The position numbers and the translations under genes were made by a program. From Nitrospiraceae bacterium (GTDB taxonomy: Bacteria; Nitrospirota; Nitrospiria; Nitrospirales; Nitrospiraceae): a stretch of 64,000 nucleotides of DNA. A model generated the notes under the pieces. The model was not told the origin of the DNA and did not search any database. It saw only the letters and a list, made by a program, of their open reading frames with translations. This document shows, piece by piece, positions 1 to 10,134 of this stretch (its first letter is position 1; the number at the start of each line of letters is the position of its first letter). The stretch is taken from NCBI GenBank assembly GCA_050246315.1, contig JBFWWG010000009.1, positions 96,001-160,000 on the forward strand, written 5' to 3'.

Positions 1-902
1 ACAAGCTCGATCCCTGGGCGACCGAGGATGTCACGCTGGTGCACGTCCGGGACGATTGGCAGGGAGATTTTTTTCTTCTGGCCGGCGGTTACCACACGGT
101 CTATCAGCGGTACCAGGCCGTCGGGACGTACTGTTCGATCAGCCATCCCTGGCGGACGGGCGAGGTGCTGACCCGCCATGACCAACGCGGCATGCTGTGG
201 TTGGGCTTCCGCCACGCCCACTCCTTTATCCGGGTGCGTCTGAAAACCGCCGAGGTGATCACGCCGGGTGAGAGCCGGGCCGATCAGGAGCGGGCGCTGT
301 GGCTCGACGAACGCCGTCGCGCCTTCCAGGCGGCCATCCAGATCCTCGATCTCTCTATCGAGGCGATAGAGGACAAGGATGTGGTCGCATTGCAACCCAT
401 CGAGGCGACCGTGCCCTTCTTCTGCTCCTGGCCGGATGCGTTCGGCCCTTGCCAATTCGAGTACAACTCTTCCGATCCGTTCGAATTCCTCGTGCCGGCC
501 AGCAAGCTGGCCGCGACCTGCGGCAACGAACTCGTCACCGTCCGAAGCTACCTGACGGGATTTACCGAAGAGGTGCTGACGGAATTTGCGGATGCGGTGC
601 CGGGTGCACGGGCCTGTTATCGCTGCTCCGTCCATTGTCCGTTGGACGAGGTCCCGGAGATTCTGGACGTGATCCTGCCCGACGGCCGGTTGTATGCGAC
701 CCTGTGCGAGTTCCAGACGCAGGAGCTGCTGCCGGCCGGTGACGACGCCTCGGCGATCGTGGGCTTGGTCGGCGGCCGCGGAACCTATCAGGTCGAAGTG
801 CGGCTGAATCGGGCTCCGCTTCCGGAATCACAGATGCCGGCCTGGATTGAGCGGTTGATCGGTCTGCCGGTGACTTACGCACCGCTCCCGCCTTTTCCGT
901 AA
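1..902 (+). CDS. Hypothetical protein, 5'-truncated by the window edge
   Basis: The frame of ORF 39..902 is open back to position 3 (KLDPWATEDVTLVH...). GC-rich codon usage; no family recognised. Confidence 0.7.
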   Translation, partial: KLDPWATEDVTLVHVRDDWQGDFFLLAGGYHTVYQRYQAVGTYCSISHPWRTGEVLTRHDQRGMLWLGFRHAHSFIRVRLKTAEVITPGESRADQERALWLDERRRAFQAAIQILDLSIEAIEDKDVVALQPIEATVPFFCSWPDAFGPCQFEYNSSDPFEFLVPASKLAATCGNELVTVRSYLTGFTEEVLTEFADAVPGARACYRCSVHCPLDEVPEILDVILPDGRLYATLCEFQTQELLPAGDDASAIVGLVGGRGTYQVEVRLNRAPLPESQMPAWIERLIGLPVTYAPLPPFP

Positions 903-1031
903 CCGAATGCTTCAAAAGAGTTTTCAGCTTTGTCGGGGCACCCGTCTACCGTATTTTGGTGGGACAACAGGGTTACTCCCTGGCAACCTTCAACGCTAAA
1001 ACGGCGAAGAAAAGGGACAACGAGAAAGCAC

Positions 1032-2483
1032 ATGGGATCACGAGAGAATCAAACCGGTAGTGGAAGAAGGTCGGGAGAATGGGTCATCACGACGGGACTG
1101 TATCTCATAGAGGTGTTCGTCGTGTTGCTGGTGTTGAGTTTGTACCGTGTGGAAGGCAAGCCGAGCCTGTCCGCCTTTCTCGTGTCTCGTCCCGGCCTCG
1201 TCAGCCTGATGTTGGCGTTCGTCATCTCAGCCTTGGTGATCTTGGTGATTCGACAATGTCGGCTCACGACCCGGGAAGGATCGAGGAAATGGGTTCTCGC
1301 GATCGCGATGAATGTCGTGGTCCTCATCACGGTCTTACTCGTTATGGAGATTGGGCTTCGGGTCGTGGCTCTCCCGAATAAGCTTGGCGAGAATCTCGGC
1401 GGGAAATTGCTCTATCCGAAACAATGGGCGCGGGCCACGGAATCTTATCACGTACTGCTGCGGAAGGCCGAGACCCAACCGACTTATCTGGTGTTCGATG
1501 AGACGCTGGGCTATACCGTCGGGACCAATCGTCGCAGCGAGGAGGGCCTCTACTTTAGCGGGCCGGAAGGGATTCGGAGTGCGCGGGTCGGCGAGTCATT
1601 TGAACGGACGTCGCCCGGATGCCGCATCGCCCTGGTGGGGGACTCCTACACCTTTGGTGAAGTGGTCCGGTATGAAGACACGTGGGCCTATCGGATGCAG
1701 CAACGGTTGGGACCCCGCTGTCAGGTCTTGAATTTCGGGGTCGGTGGGTACGGTGTGGATCAGATGTATCTGAGGTATCTGAAAGACGTCCGTCCTTGGC
1801 ATCCGGATCTGGTGCTCTTCGGATTCATTGATCACGACGTGATTCGGTCGATGGCCATCTATATTTTTCTAATGTTCCCCGACGGAGGCATGCCGTTCGC
1901 GAAACCGCGGTTCATTCTAAAGGATGGGGAGCTGGAGGTGCTCAACAGGCCCTTGCCGAGCATTCCGCAGATGCTGGCCGAACCCTCGATTCGGAACCTT
2001 CCGTTCATCGAGTACGACGTGAATTACAGAGAGACGGAGTGGGATCGCCCTGCCTGGAAACATTTCAACCTTTCCTACGCGTTCAGGTTTCTCATTTCGT
2101 TATACCCGCTGCATGAACCAGAGCGACCGCAAATTGCCGACATAGAGACGGAGCGGGTCAACCGAAAGATCTTCGAGGAATTCGTGCATGCCGTGCGATC
2201 GGATGGCGCGACTCCGCTGATCGCCTACCTTCCTACTGATACGGACTTTCCCATTCCCTCGTGGGAACATATTGGGCTTAAGATTCTGAGAGAAGCCGGT
2301 CTTTCTCATCATGACCTGCGCAGATGCGTCGGGGCGACGGACGTATCGAAGCTGTTCAACCCCCGAGAAATTGGAGGGCACTATTCGCCGCTGGGGAATC
2401 AGGTGGTCAGCGACTGCCTTTTCCAACAAGTTCGGGAACTACGCGACCTGGAGGCCTTGAGGGAACGATCGGTCGGCTCATGA
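1032..2483 (+). CDS. Membrane-anchored SGNH/GDSL hydrolase family protein
   Basis: N-terminal TM helices; SGNH blocks ALVGDSYTFG, LNFGVGGYG and C-terminal GGHYSPLGN. ATG 1032 chosen over the upstream TTG. Confidence 0.8.
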   Translation: MGSRENQTGSGRRSGEWVITTGLYLIEVFVVLLVLSLYRVEGKPSLSAFLVSRPGLVSLMLAFVISALVILVIRQCRLTTREGSRKWVLAIAMNVVVLITVLLVMEIGLRVVALPNKLGENLGGKLLYPKQWARATESYHVLLRKAETQPTYLVFDETLGYTVGTNRRSEEGLYFSGPEGIRSARVGESFERTSPGCRIALVGDSYTFGEVVRYEDTWAYRMQQRLGPRCQVLNFGVGGYGVDQMYLRYLKDVRPWHPDLVLFGFIDHDVIRSMAIYIFLMFPDGGMPFAKPRFILKDGELEVLNRPLPSIPQMLAEPSIRNLPFIEYDVNYRETEWDRPAWKHFNLSYAFRFLISLYPLHEPERPQIADIETERVNRKIFEEFVHAVRSDGATPLIAYLPTDTDFPIPSWEHIGLKILREAGLSHHDLRRCVGATDVSKLFNPREIGGHYSPLGNQVVSDCLFQQVRELRDLEALRERSVGS

Positions 2484-2589
2484 AACAGCTTCGCATAAGG
2501 AGAGAGGGCGCCACACGGAAGCGGCTCTTACAGCCTGCCCTTCGGCTGGCCACATCGGTCTTCGCACCATGCAGATCCGTAGCCGCTCG

Positions 2590-3879
2590 CTAATGCGCGG
2601 AGGCGGGCACGGAGAGCTGACTCTGATTCGCGACAATCAGGTCGTAGATGGCATCAACCACCATCCGGCTGCCCTCTGAGTTGGGGTGTGCCGAATCGAT
2701 CCAGATCGGCCGTGCAGTCTCCTGGTAGATGAGACTCAGGTCGAGCGCCAGCACACCTTTGTCCTTGAGGTGAGCCACCTCGGTTCGGAGCTTCGGATAT
2801 CCGTGAAGGACATGGAACTCGACGGGGTAGGAATGATGGATAATAAAGTCTTCCTCTGGCGTCAGGATTTTGGAATTTGGAACAAATGGGTTTGGTTGGA
2901 GCATGTGAAGCGAGAGGCTTCCTTCTCTTGATGCCACGTCATGCACCAGCCTGTGGTATAGTGTCCATTGCCGAGCCGCATGGCCCAGTATCTCCTCTTC
3001 CGGTACTTCAAAAAATAGTCTGCCCGTACGGTAGCTCTGACTTAGTGCCATACTTTCTCTCTCGATGGCGAGAAACCAATGCGTATAGAGGGTGTCCCAG
3101 AGGTAGTGTGTGACGAGGCGCCTCTTGAATGGCGGCATCAACGACCAGCGTGTGATGAACGTGGACCACTTCTTCAGAGAAATGATCTTCGCCGTTCGAT
3201 CGAATTGCTCAGGGGAGAGTTCCTGTCTGGCCATTTTGAATCGAAACACTTGCGCCTTGGCGAATTCTGGCGGAAATCCGGAAAGGTTGTTTTCGACGTA
3301 GTTCCAGACTTCATTCAGTCCGTCTATAAAGACCACGATGTCAAACAGCTCCCTGAAGTAGAGGTACGCGAAAACCGTTTGGGGGATGGCATAGCCTCCC
3401 ACTCCCATGCTCAGGATCACGGGCTCTCTCGTAGGAAAGAGCGCTTTGAGTCGGGCGCTTAGATATTTGTGCTCACGGCCCACATAATCTGCGAAGGAAC
3501 CCCCAAAGATTCCGACCACCAGTGAGTCCGGTCCCCGTCCATTGGAACCTGCTACCGAGTAGCCCGAAGGAGTCAAGAATACGTCGCGTCCGGTCAGAAA
3601 CCCGAAATTGTTTATGCCTTCGTCTTCGGGGTTGTACGTGTAGCCGAACAAGGGGTGTATCACCACTCGATTTTCAAAACGAGGCTCTTCGGCTGGATTC
3701 CTCGACCCGGTGAGATCCTTCAGTGCATCCGAGCGCTTGGAGAGGAGTGACTGGGTGTCGAAGTCTCTGTATTTCACCAGCCGGTAGCCCCAGAGGCTAA
3801 TCTCCAGGATGAAGAGGCCGGCGAGGATTCCACCTACAATCAGACTCACATTAATGAGACCTTGAACGGTCTTTCTCAC
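2590..3879 (-). CDS. SGNH-hydrolase-like membrane-anchored protein
   Basis: N-terminal TM helix; motifs GIFGGSFA, MGVGGY, DGLNE and DSAHPN (DxxH). Confidence 0.7.
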   Translation of the reverse strand: MRKTVQGLINVSLIVGGILAGLFILEISLWGYRLVKYRDFDTQSLLSKRSDALKDLTGSRNPAEEPRFENRVVIHPLFGYTYNPEDEGINNFGFLTGRDVFLTPSGYSVAGSNGRGPDSLVVGIFGGSFADYVGREHKYLSARLKALFPTREPVILSMGVGGYAIPQTVFAYLYFRELFDIVVFIDGLNEVWNYVENNLSGFPPEFAKAQVFRFKMARQELSPEQFDRTAKIISLKKWSTFITRWSLMPPFKRRLVTHYLWDTLYTHWFLAIERESMALSQSYRTGRLFFEVPEEEILGHAARQWTLYHRLVHDVASREGSLSLHMLQPNPFVPNSKILTPEEDFIIHHSYPVEFHVLHGYPKLRTEVAHLKDKGVLALDLSLIYQETARPIWIDSAHPNSEGSRMVVDAIYDLIVANQSQLSVPASAH

Positions 3880-4105
3880 GGAGGTACCTCAACCGATGTA
3901 GTGAGCCCGCTCGCCAAGGAGATATCTCCCAACCCCCCACGGGGTATCGCGGGACGCCGTGCGGCGTGCATTATACTTCGCCACCATGTCCTCTACACGC
4001 GGCAGACGAAGAGACAGGCACTTTCTTTAGGGGGGGATTGAAAATACACGTATTTTGTCGCCAGCAACACATCATTCCGGATATCCATCGTTGTCCACGC
4101 GACTC

Positions 4106-5203
4106 ATGGCCCAGATTTGGTCCCTCCTCAACAACCCCTTTCTGCCGCCGGTGTTCTTCTTCGCCGGGGTGGGCTATGACACGCTCACCCTGACCCGCAT
4201 CGATCGCCTCCAGGACAATCTCATCCTGCTCCTCTATCTGGTGGTCCTCGGCGTCCTGATTATCCTGACGGGACGAGAGGAGTTCCGGAGCGGGGAACCG
4301 GAGTTCTGGGAATCGCAGCCGGGGATGCTTCGCTGGCTCGGCCGCGCGCAGCCCTATTATCCGATGGCCATGCAGTTTCTCCTGGGCGGCCTCTTCAGTG
4401 CCTATGCCATTTTCTATTTCCGGAGCGCCTCGCTGACCTCGAGCGCCATCTTTCTCTTGCTTCTGGTTGGGGTGCTCGTCGCTAACGAATTCCTGAAAGA
4501 CCGGCTGACCAACCTGAGCCTGCTCATCACGCTCTATGCGCTGGTCTGCCTCAGCTTTTTCACGTTCTTTCTTCCCGTTGTGACGGGCTGGATGAACCGG
4601 GCGGTCTTTCTCGCCGGGGTCGGCCTGAGCGCCGCCACCGTCTATCGTGTGGTTCAATTGATCGCCAAGGACAATTCCGCCTGGACGAGGCGGCACAGCA
4701 TCAAGACGCTGACTCCTGCGGCCGCTGTGATCGGCCTGCTCGTCGGATTCTATTTTTTCAACTGGATCCCACCGGTTCCGCTGGCGATGAAGTTCGGAGG
4801 GATCTATCATGAAGTGCGGAGGGCCGGCGATCGGTTCGAATTGACATTCGAAAAGCGGTGGTTTGAGTTCCTCAAGCGGTCCGACTCCGATTTCCCCGCC
4901 GGGGAACCGGTGTATTGTTTCACCGCCGTCTTCGCCCCGGTGAATCTGGACACAACGGTCTATCACCACTGGTACTATCGAGCCGACCGCGGCAAGCCCT
5001 ATACCCATGCCGATCGGATTCCGATCAAGATTTCCGGAGGACGGGAGGACGGGTACCGCGCCTACAGTTTCAAACAGCGGCTGGACCAAGGAGACTGGCG
5101 CGTGGACGTAGAAACGGAGGACGGGCGGGTGTTGGGACGGGTCGCCGTGCAGGTGAAGACACGACCGACGGAACTCTCCAGGTTGGCGACGATCGCCTAT
5201 TGA
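4106..5203 (+). CDS. DUF2914 domain-containing membrane protein
   Basis: Multiple TM helices, then VYCFTAVFAP...YHHW...ISGGREDGYRAYSFK...GDWRVDVETEDGRVLG. Start uncertain (TTG 4055 or ATG 4106). Confidence 0.8.
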   Translation: MAQIWSLLNNPFLPPVFFFAGVGYDTLTLTRIDRLQDNLILLLYLVVLGVLIILTGREEFRSGEPEFWESQPGMLRWLGRAQPYYPMAMQFLLGGLFSAYAIFYFRSASLTSSAIFLLLLVGVLVANEFLKDRLTNLSLLITLYALVCLSFFTFFLPVVTGWMNRAVFLAGVGLSAATVYRVVQLIAKDNSAWTRRHSIKTLTPAAAVIGLLVGFYFFNWIPPVPLAMKFGGIYHEVRRAGDRFELTFEKRWFEFLKRSDSDFPAGEPVYCFTAVFAPVNLDTTVYHHWYYRADRGKPYTHADRIPIKISGGREDGYRAYSFKQRLDQGDWRVDVETEDGRVLGRVAVQVKTRPTELSRLATIAY

Positions 5204-5314
5204 AGGTCAAGAGCGGCTCTGCTCGTGCCGCATTCTTGACGAAGACCTCACCGCTCTGTCACAAGAGGTGGCGTATCTTCTGTCCCGCCAGGCTCATAGG
5301 AATAGGATTCTCCG

Positions 5315-7444
5315 ATGCCCGAGGACGCCTCTCCCGCTCCTTCCGTGACCGGTGAGCCGACCATCGATCTCAGCGCCCCGGCTTTCTTTCTCAATCGGGA
5401 GTTGAGTTGGCTCGAATTCAACAGCCGCGTGCTGGAAGAGGCGGAACGGACCGAGTATCCCCTGCTTGAGCGCGCGAAGTTTCTTGCCATCTATTTCAAT
5501 AACCTCGACGAATTTTTCATGATCCGGGTCTCGGGCCTCCGGGAGCAACTCTCTGGAGGCGTACTCGACACCCCTCCCGACGGGATGACTCCGGCCCATC
5601 AATTGGCGGCGATCGGGCGGGTGTTACAGGACCAATTCGCCCGTGTGGCTCAGATCTGGGATCACGATCTCCGGGCGACACTCCGCCAGACCGGCATCCA
5701 TCTGCTTGAGTTCGGCGATCTCATGCAGGACCAGCGATTGGCCCTGCGCGACTACTTCGCGAAGGAAATTTTCCCAGCCCTCACCCCACTGGCCTTCGAT
5801 CCGACCCATCCGTTCCCCCACATCTCGAACCTCAGCCTCAATTTGGCCGTGGTCGCGCGCGATCCCGAAAAGGGCACCTGCTTCGCCAGAATCAAGGTGC
5901 CGGATCCGTTCCCCCGGTTGGTCCCCGTTCCTGCCTCGGTGGAGGAAACACTTGATCAGGAGGCGCATTTCGTGTGGCTGGAGGATCTGATCGCGGCCAA
6001 CCTGGACCTGCTCTTTCCCGGACTTTCGATTCAGGCCTGGTATCCCTTTCGAGTTACCAGGGACGCAGATCTGGATCTGGAAGAAGACGAGGCGGCGGAC
6101 CTGCTGGAGGCGATCGAGGAACAGGTGGATCTGCGGCATTTTGGCTCGGTCGTCAGGTTGGAGATTGCCGGGCAGATTCCGGATTCGATTCGCGACCTGT
6201 TAGTCCGCAACCTGCAGTTGGCTCCCTATCAGGTCCAGACCTACGAGTTCCGGCTCGGCTTGGCCCAGCTCATGGAACTGACCAGGCTGGATCGCCCGGA
6301 TTTGAAGTTCCCGCCGTTTCAGCCTGCCTTGTCGGACTTCTTCGGGAAACAGAATGGTTTTCAAGTCATCCAGCGGCGCGACCTGTTGCTCTATCACCCC
6401 TATCAGAGTTTCCTACCGATCGTGGAGTTTGTACGCCAGGCGGCGGCCGATCCGCAGGTATTGGCGATCAAGCAAACCCTGTATCGAGTCGGCGCCAATT
6501 CGCCGATCGTCGAAGCCTTGGTGGAAGCCAGACAGAACGGGAAACAGGTGGCGGTGCTGCTGGAACTCAAGGCGCGTTTCGACGAAGAGAACAACATCGA
6601 ATGGGCTCGACGGCTCGAAGATGAAGGGGTGCATGTCGTGTACGGGGTGCTCGGGCTGAAAACCCACGCGAAGCTCTGCATGGTCGTCCGGAGGGATGCC
6701 GACCACATCCGGCGGTACCTGCACTTGGGAACCGGCAACTACAACCCGGTGACCAGCCGGATCTACACGGACTTCAGCTTCCTCACCTGCGATAACGAAA
6801 TGGGCGAGGATGCGACGGACCTCTTCAATTCGCTGACTGGCTACTCTCGCAAGGCTGCCTATCACAAACTACTCGTCGCGCCCCATGGCCTGAGAGAGCA
6901 ACTGCTGGCTCGCATCGATCGGGAAATTCAGCGGCATCAGCGTCATGGCGACGGGTACCTCGCCTTCAAGATGAACGCGCTGGTCGATCCACCGTGCATT
7001 CGCAAACTGTATGAGGCATCGCGCGCCGGTGTGTCGATCGACCTGCTGGTGCGCGGGATCTGCTGTCTCCGGCCCGGCCTGAGAGGGATCAGCGAAACGA
7101 TCAGGGTGCGCTCGATCGTCGGCCGGTTTCTGGAACATTCGCGGCTGTTCTATTTCCGTCATGGAGGCGAGGATGAGCTGCTCCTCGGCAGTGCGGACCT
7201 CATGCCTAGAAACCTGGATCGCCGCGTCGAGATTCTCTTTCCGATCGGCGACCGGCGGATGCGGGAGGATATTCTGCGGCAGATCTTCGACGTGAATTGG
7301 CGGGATACGGTCAATGCGCGCGAGTTGATGCCGGACGGGGCTTATGTCCGGCTCGGTCCGGCTCCGGGCGAGGTCCCGTTCAATTCGCAGGAATCGTTGC
7401 TTCAAGCGGCGAAGGACGGGCTGTTGCTGGCCGCGTGCCGGTGA
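5315..7444 (+). CDS. ppk1: Polyphosphate kinase 1
   Basis: NRELSWLEFNSRVL, NLDEFFMIRV, KTHAK (phospho-His), GTGNYN, SIVGRFLEHSR, GSADLMPRNLDRRVE. Confidence 0.97.
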   Translation: MPEDASPAPSVTGEPTIDLSAPAFFLNRELSWLEFNSRVLEEAERTEYPLLERAKFLAIYFNNLDEFFMIRVSGLREQLSGGVLDTPPDGMTPAHQLAAIGRVLQDQFARVAQIWDHDLRATLRQTGIHLLEFGDLMQDQRLALRDYFAKEIFPALTPLAFDPTHPFPHISNLSLNLAVVARDPEKGTCFARIKVPDPFPRLVPVPASVEETLDQEAHFVWLEDLIAANLDLLFPGLSIQAWYPFRVTRDADLDLEEDEAADLLEAIEEQVDLRHFGSVVRLEIAGQIPDSIRDLLVRNLQLAPYQVQTYEFRLGLAQLMELTRLDRPDLKFPPFQPALSDFFGKQNGFQVIQRRDLLLYHPYQSFLPIVEFVRQAAADPQVLAIKQTLYRVGANSPIVEALVEARQNGKQVAVLLELKARFDEENNIEWARRLEDEGVHVVYGVLGLKTHAKLCMVVRRDADHIRRYLHLGTGNYNPVTSRIYTDFSFLTCDNEMGEDATDLFNSLTGYSRKAAYHKLLVAPHGLREQLLARIDREIQRHQRHGDGYLAFKMNALVDPPCIRKLYEASRAGVSIDLLVRGICCLRPGLRGISETIRVRSIVGRFLEHSRLFYFRHGGEDELLLGSADLMPRNLDRRVEILFPIGDRRMREDILRQIFDVNWRDTVNARELMPDGAYVRLGPAPGEVPFNSQESLLQAAKDGLLLAACR

Positions 7445-7515
7445 GGCGGCCGTGCGGACGTGGCTCCGACGCGCAACCGACCACAAACGCCTCGTCAGTC
7501 TGAAGGTGTAAGCCG

Positions 7516-7911
7516 TCAGATCGACGATTCCGGCCAGGCGCGCCGAATCATGGCCAGGATCTGCGCCGCGTCGTCGTGCCGCAGGTATTCCTTCCTGGCG
7601 GCCCGTTCAATCAACGCGACTGCCTGCTGGGCATGCCGGCCCGCCGCTTTATGGTTCGCTTGGCGCGCGGCTTTCCAGGCAAGATCCAACAAGTGATTGA
7701 TATCGTGGACATGGGCTTGAACAACCCGGCGGTTGCTGTGCCATTTTGGACTGTTCGTCGCGGCTTTGTGGATGGAAACCTGCACGTCATAGAGCCAATC
7801 GCGGCCTGCTTGAAGGTGGGGAGCCTCGGCCGATGAAAAGGTCGCGTCGACGGTCCAGGTGGCACTGATGCCGATCAGTGCCACCATACCGATGATCTGT
7901 CTGTACATCAT
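7516..7911 (-). CDS. Small secreted His/Ala-rich helical protein
   Basis: 3' part of ORF 7516..8541; ATG 7911 followed by a signal-peptide-like sequence (MMYRQIIGMVALIGISA...). Confidence 0.6.
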   Translation of the reverse strand: MMYRQIIGMVALIGISATWTVDATFSSAEAPHLQAGRDWLYDVQVSIHKAATNSPKWHSNRRVVQAHVHDINHLLDLAWKAARQANHKAAGRHAQQAVALIERAARKEYLRHDDAAQILAMIRRAWPESSI

Positions 7912-8247
7912 AATGCGATCTCCAGGTGTCGATATCTGTCTTGCCAGGCTGCGGACTTCAAGAGTGCAAAATGTAAATGTAGCAGGTCGAACGAGGGTGT
8001 CTACGTGCTTGCACTGAAGGCTGAGAAATATACTCACCTGTCTGGTCGGGTGTTTCGTCCGCCTGCCGGGTCCATTCGATTCCGACCGATTGTCGCCATC
8101 GTTCGTTGAGATCTGGTCCGTGAGGCAGTTTCTGCCTCCGGAATGGGCTTGCAAGTCGGCAGTGAATGACGGGAAACTAAGTGCGGCCCTTACGCAACAT
8201 ACAGGGAAGCCGCAAGTTACGTTTGCCGTCAAACAGAGGCTGGAACC

Positions 8248-8634
8248 ATGTCCGGAGCTGACAAACCCCGCACCACTCTCCAACGGTTGGCGCCCTGTCC
8301 GAGCAGCCCCAACTGCGTCAGCACGCTCAGTACGTCCGATCAACACCAAATCGCACCCTATCGCTATCGCGGTACGCTCGCTGAGGCCAAACGCCGACTC
8401 AGAGAAGTCGTTGCCGCTCAACGAGGCGCGAAGATTGTCGAGGAAGACCAGACCTATCTGCATGCGGAATTCACGAGTCGGATCTTTCGATTCGTGGACG
8501 ACGTAGAGTTCATGTTCGAGGACGAAACCAGAACGATCCAATTCCGTTCGGCCTCCAGGACCGGCTACAGCGATTTCGGCGTGAACCGGAACCGGATGGA
8601 AGAGATCCGGCGGCTTCTCGAAGGCAAACTCTGA
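8248..8634 (+). CDS. DUF1499 domain-containing protein
   Basis: LAPCPSSPNCVST, FRFVDDVEF and RSASRTGYSDFGVNRNRMEEIR. Confidence 0.9.
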   Translation: MSGADKPRTTLQRLAPCPSSPNCVSTLSTSDQHQIAPYRYRGTLAEAKRRLREVVAAQRGAKIVEEDQTYLHAEFTSRIFRFVDDVEFMFEDETRTIQFRSASRTGYSDFGVNRNRMEEIRRLLEGKL

Positions 8635-8653
8635 ATCAATCCATTAAGGAGGG

Positions 8654-9451
8654 ATGATGCGAATCGCCAACGTTGCGCGGCTGGCACTGGTCCTCGTGTT
8701 TCTCGTAATCGGACTCTCCCCTCCGGTGCAAGCGGCCGATCGGGAGAAGCTCCTCTCGGACTCGGGGGTGTTCGCCACATTCGCGGTCTTTTCGGTCGAT
8801 GAGGCCTGGTGGCGGCTGGATCGGGAGGCGCGGACGAAGGTCGGCGAGGAAATCAAAGGAGTGCTCGACAAGCATGGCGAGCAGGTGGTTGCAGACCTGT
8901 ATCTATTGCGGGGCCTGTCCGACCGGGCGGATCTGATGCTGCGCCTGCATTCGACCGAGCTTGCCCGGCATCAGCACGTGGTGCTCGATGTCTTGGCCAC
9001 GTCGCTCGGGCGCTATCTCCATCTCGTCTACACGTTTCACGGGATCACTAAGCCGGCGACCTATGTGCCGGGCTTTTCGGACGAGCTTAAAGCGACGATG
9101 AAGACCCCTCCCGATCCGGGGCCGAAACCCTATGCGATCGTGGTGCCGATCAGAAAAGACGCGGAATGGTGGAACCTGCCGCAGGCGGCGCGGTCGGAGA
9201 TGATGCAGGAACATGCGCAGGTCACGTCACCGTACTTAAAGACCGTGAAGCGCAAACTGTATCATGCGAGCGGTCTTGACGATCTGGACTTCATCACCTA
9301 TTTCGAGACGGCGAGGCTGGACGAGTTTCACAACTTGATCCTGGCACTGGAACGGATCAAGGAGAACCGGCATAACCGGCGGTTCGGCCATCCGACCCTC
9401 TTGGGAACCGTGTGTACGGTCGAGGAGCTCGCGGAGGTCTTTGCGCGATAA
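8654..9451 (+). CDS. cld: Chlorite dismutase (Nitrospira type), periplasmic
   Basis: Signal peptide, then ADREKLL; PIRKDAEWW, MQEH (proximal His), VKRKLYH (catalytic distal Arg), DFITYFET and RHNRRFGHPTLLGT closely match the N. defluvii Cld sequence as recalled. Confidence 0.92.
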   Translation: MMRIANVARLALVLVFLVIGLSPPVQAADREKLLSDSGVFATFAVFSVDEAWWRLDREARTKVGEEIKGVLDKHGEQVVADLYLLRGLSDRADLMLRLHSTELARHQHVVLDVLATSLGRYLHLVYTFHGITKPATYVPGFSDELKATMKTPPDPGPKPYAIVVPIRKDAEWWNLPQAARSEMMQEHAQVTSPYLKTVKRKLYHASGLDDLDFITYFETARLDEFHNLILALERIKENRHNRRFGHPTLLGTVCTVEELAEVFAR

Positions 9452-9481
9452 GCCTTGGCAGGCGGAGAGGAGACCGTTTCC

Positions 9482-10111
9482 ATGTTGCCGGAGAAACCGG
9501 CCGTGACCATGTTTCCCGTTCATGAGCTGATTCACAGGCGTTGGAGCCCTCGTGCCTTTGCCGACCGTTCCGTAGACCCTGAGAAGCTCGGCAGTCTGTT
9601 GGAAGCGGCGCGTTGGGCCGCGTCCTCGAACAATGAGCAGCCGTGGCGCTTCATCCTGGCGACCCGCGACTGCTCGAAGGACTTCGCTCGCCTGCTCGGC
9701 TGTCTGAAAGAGTCGAACCAGGTCTGGGCCAAACAGGCCCCCGTGCTCATGCTGTCGGTGGCCAGCCGGACCTTTGCCGATGATGGCGAACCCAACCCCC
9801 ATGCGCTCTATGATGTCGGACAGGCGGTCGCCAGTATGGCGATCCAAGCTACGGCGCTGGGTCTTGTGATCCATCAAATGGCGGGATTCTCCCCGGACAA
9901 GGCGAGGATCGAGTTCGACATTCCCGACGGCTTCGAGGCGGTGACGGCCATTGCCGTTGGCTATCAGGGGGATCCAGCTACGTTGTCGGACCGGCAGCGT
10001 CAGCGCGAGCTGGCGCCTCGCGAGCGAGAGCCGCTGAGCGAGCTGGTCTTCGCCGGACGATGGGGCGAGCCGGCACAGGTGGCGTCCGGAGTCTCTCCGA
10101 TGGTACGGTGA
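9482..10111 (+). CDS. Nitroreductase family protein
   Basis: RRWSPRAF, EAARWAASSNNEQPWRF, HQMAGF. Confidence 0.92.
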   Translation: MLPEKPAVTMFPVHELIHRRWSPRAFADRSVDPEKLGSLLEAARWAASSNNEQPWRFILATRDCSKDFARLLGCLKESNQVWAKQAPVLMLSVASRTFADDGEPNPHALYDVGQAVASMAIQATALGLVIHQMAGFSPDKARIEFDIPDGFEAVTAIAVGYQGDPATLSDRQRQRELAPREREPLSELVFAGRWGEPAQVASGVSPMVR

Positions 10112-10134
10112 GGATATTCGGGAGTCGATGACAT

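Noticed and set aside
7912..8541. N-terminal extension of ORF 7516..8541
   Set aside because: It overlaps the DUF1499 gene antisense and intergenic DNA; the signal peptide starts at 7911.
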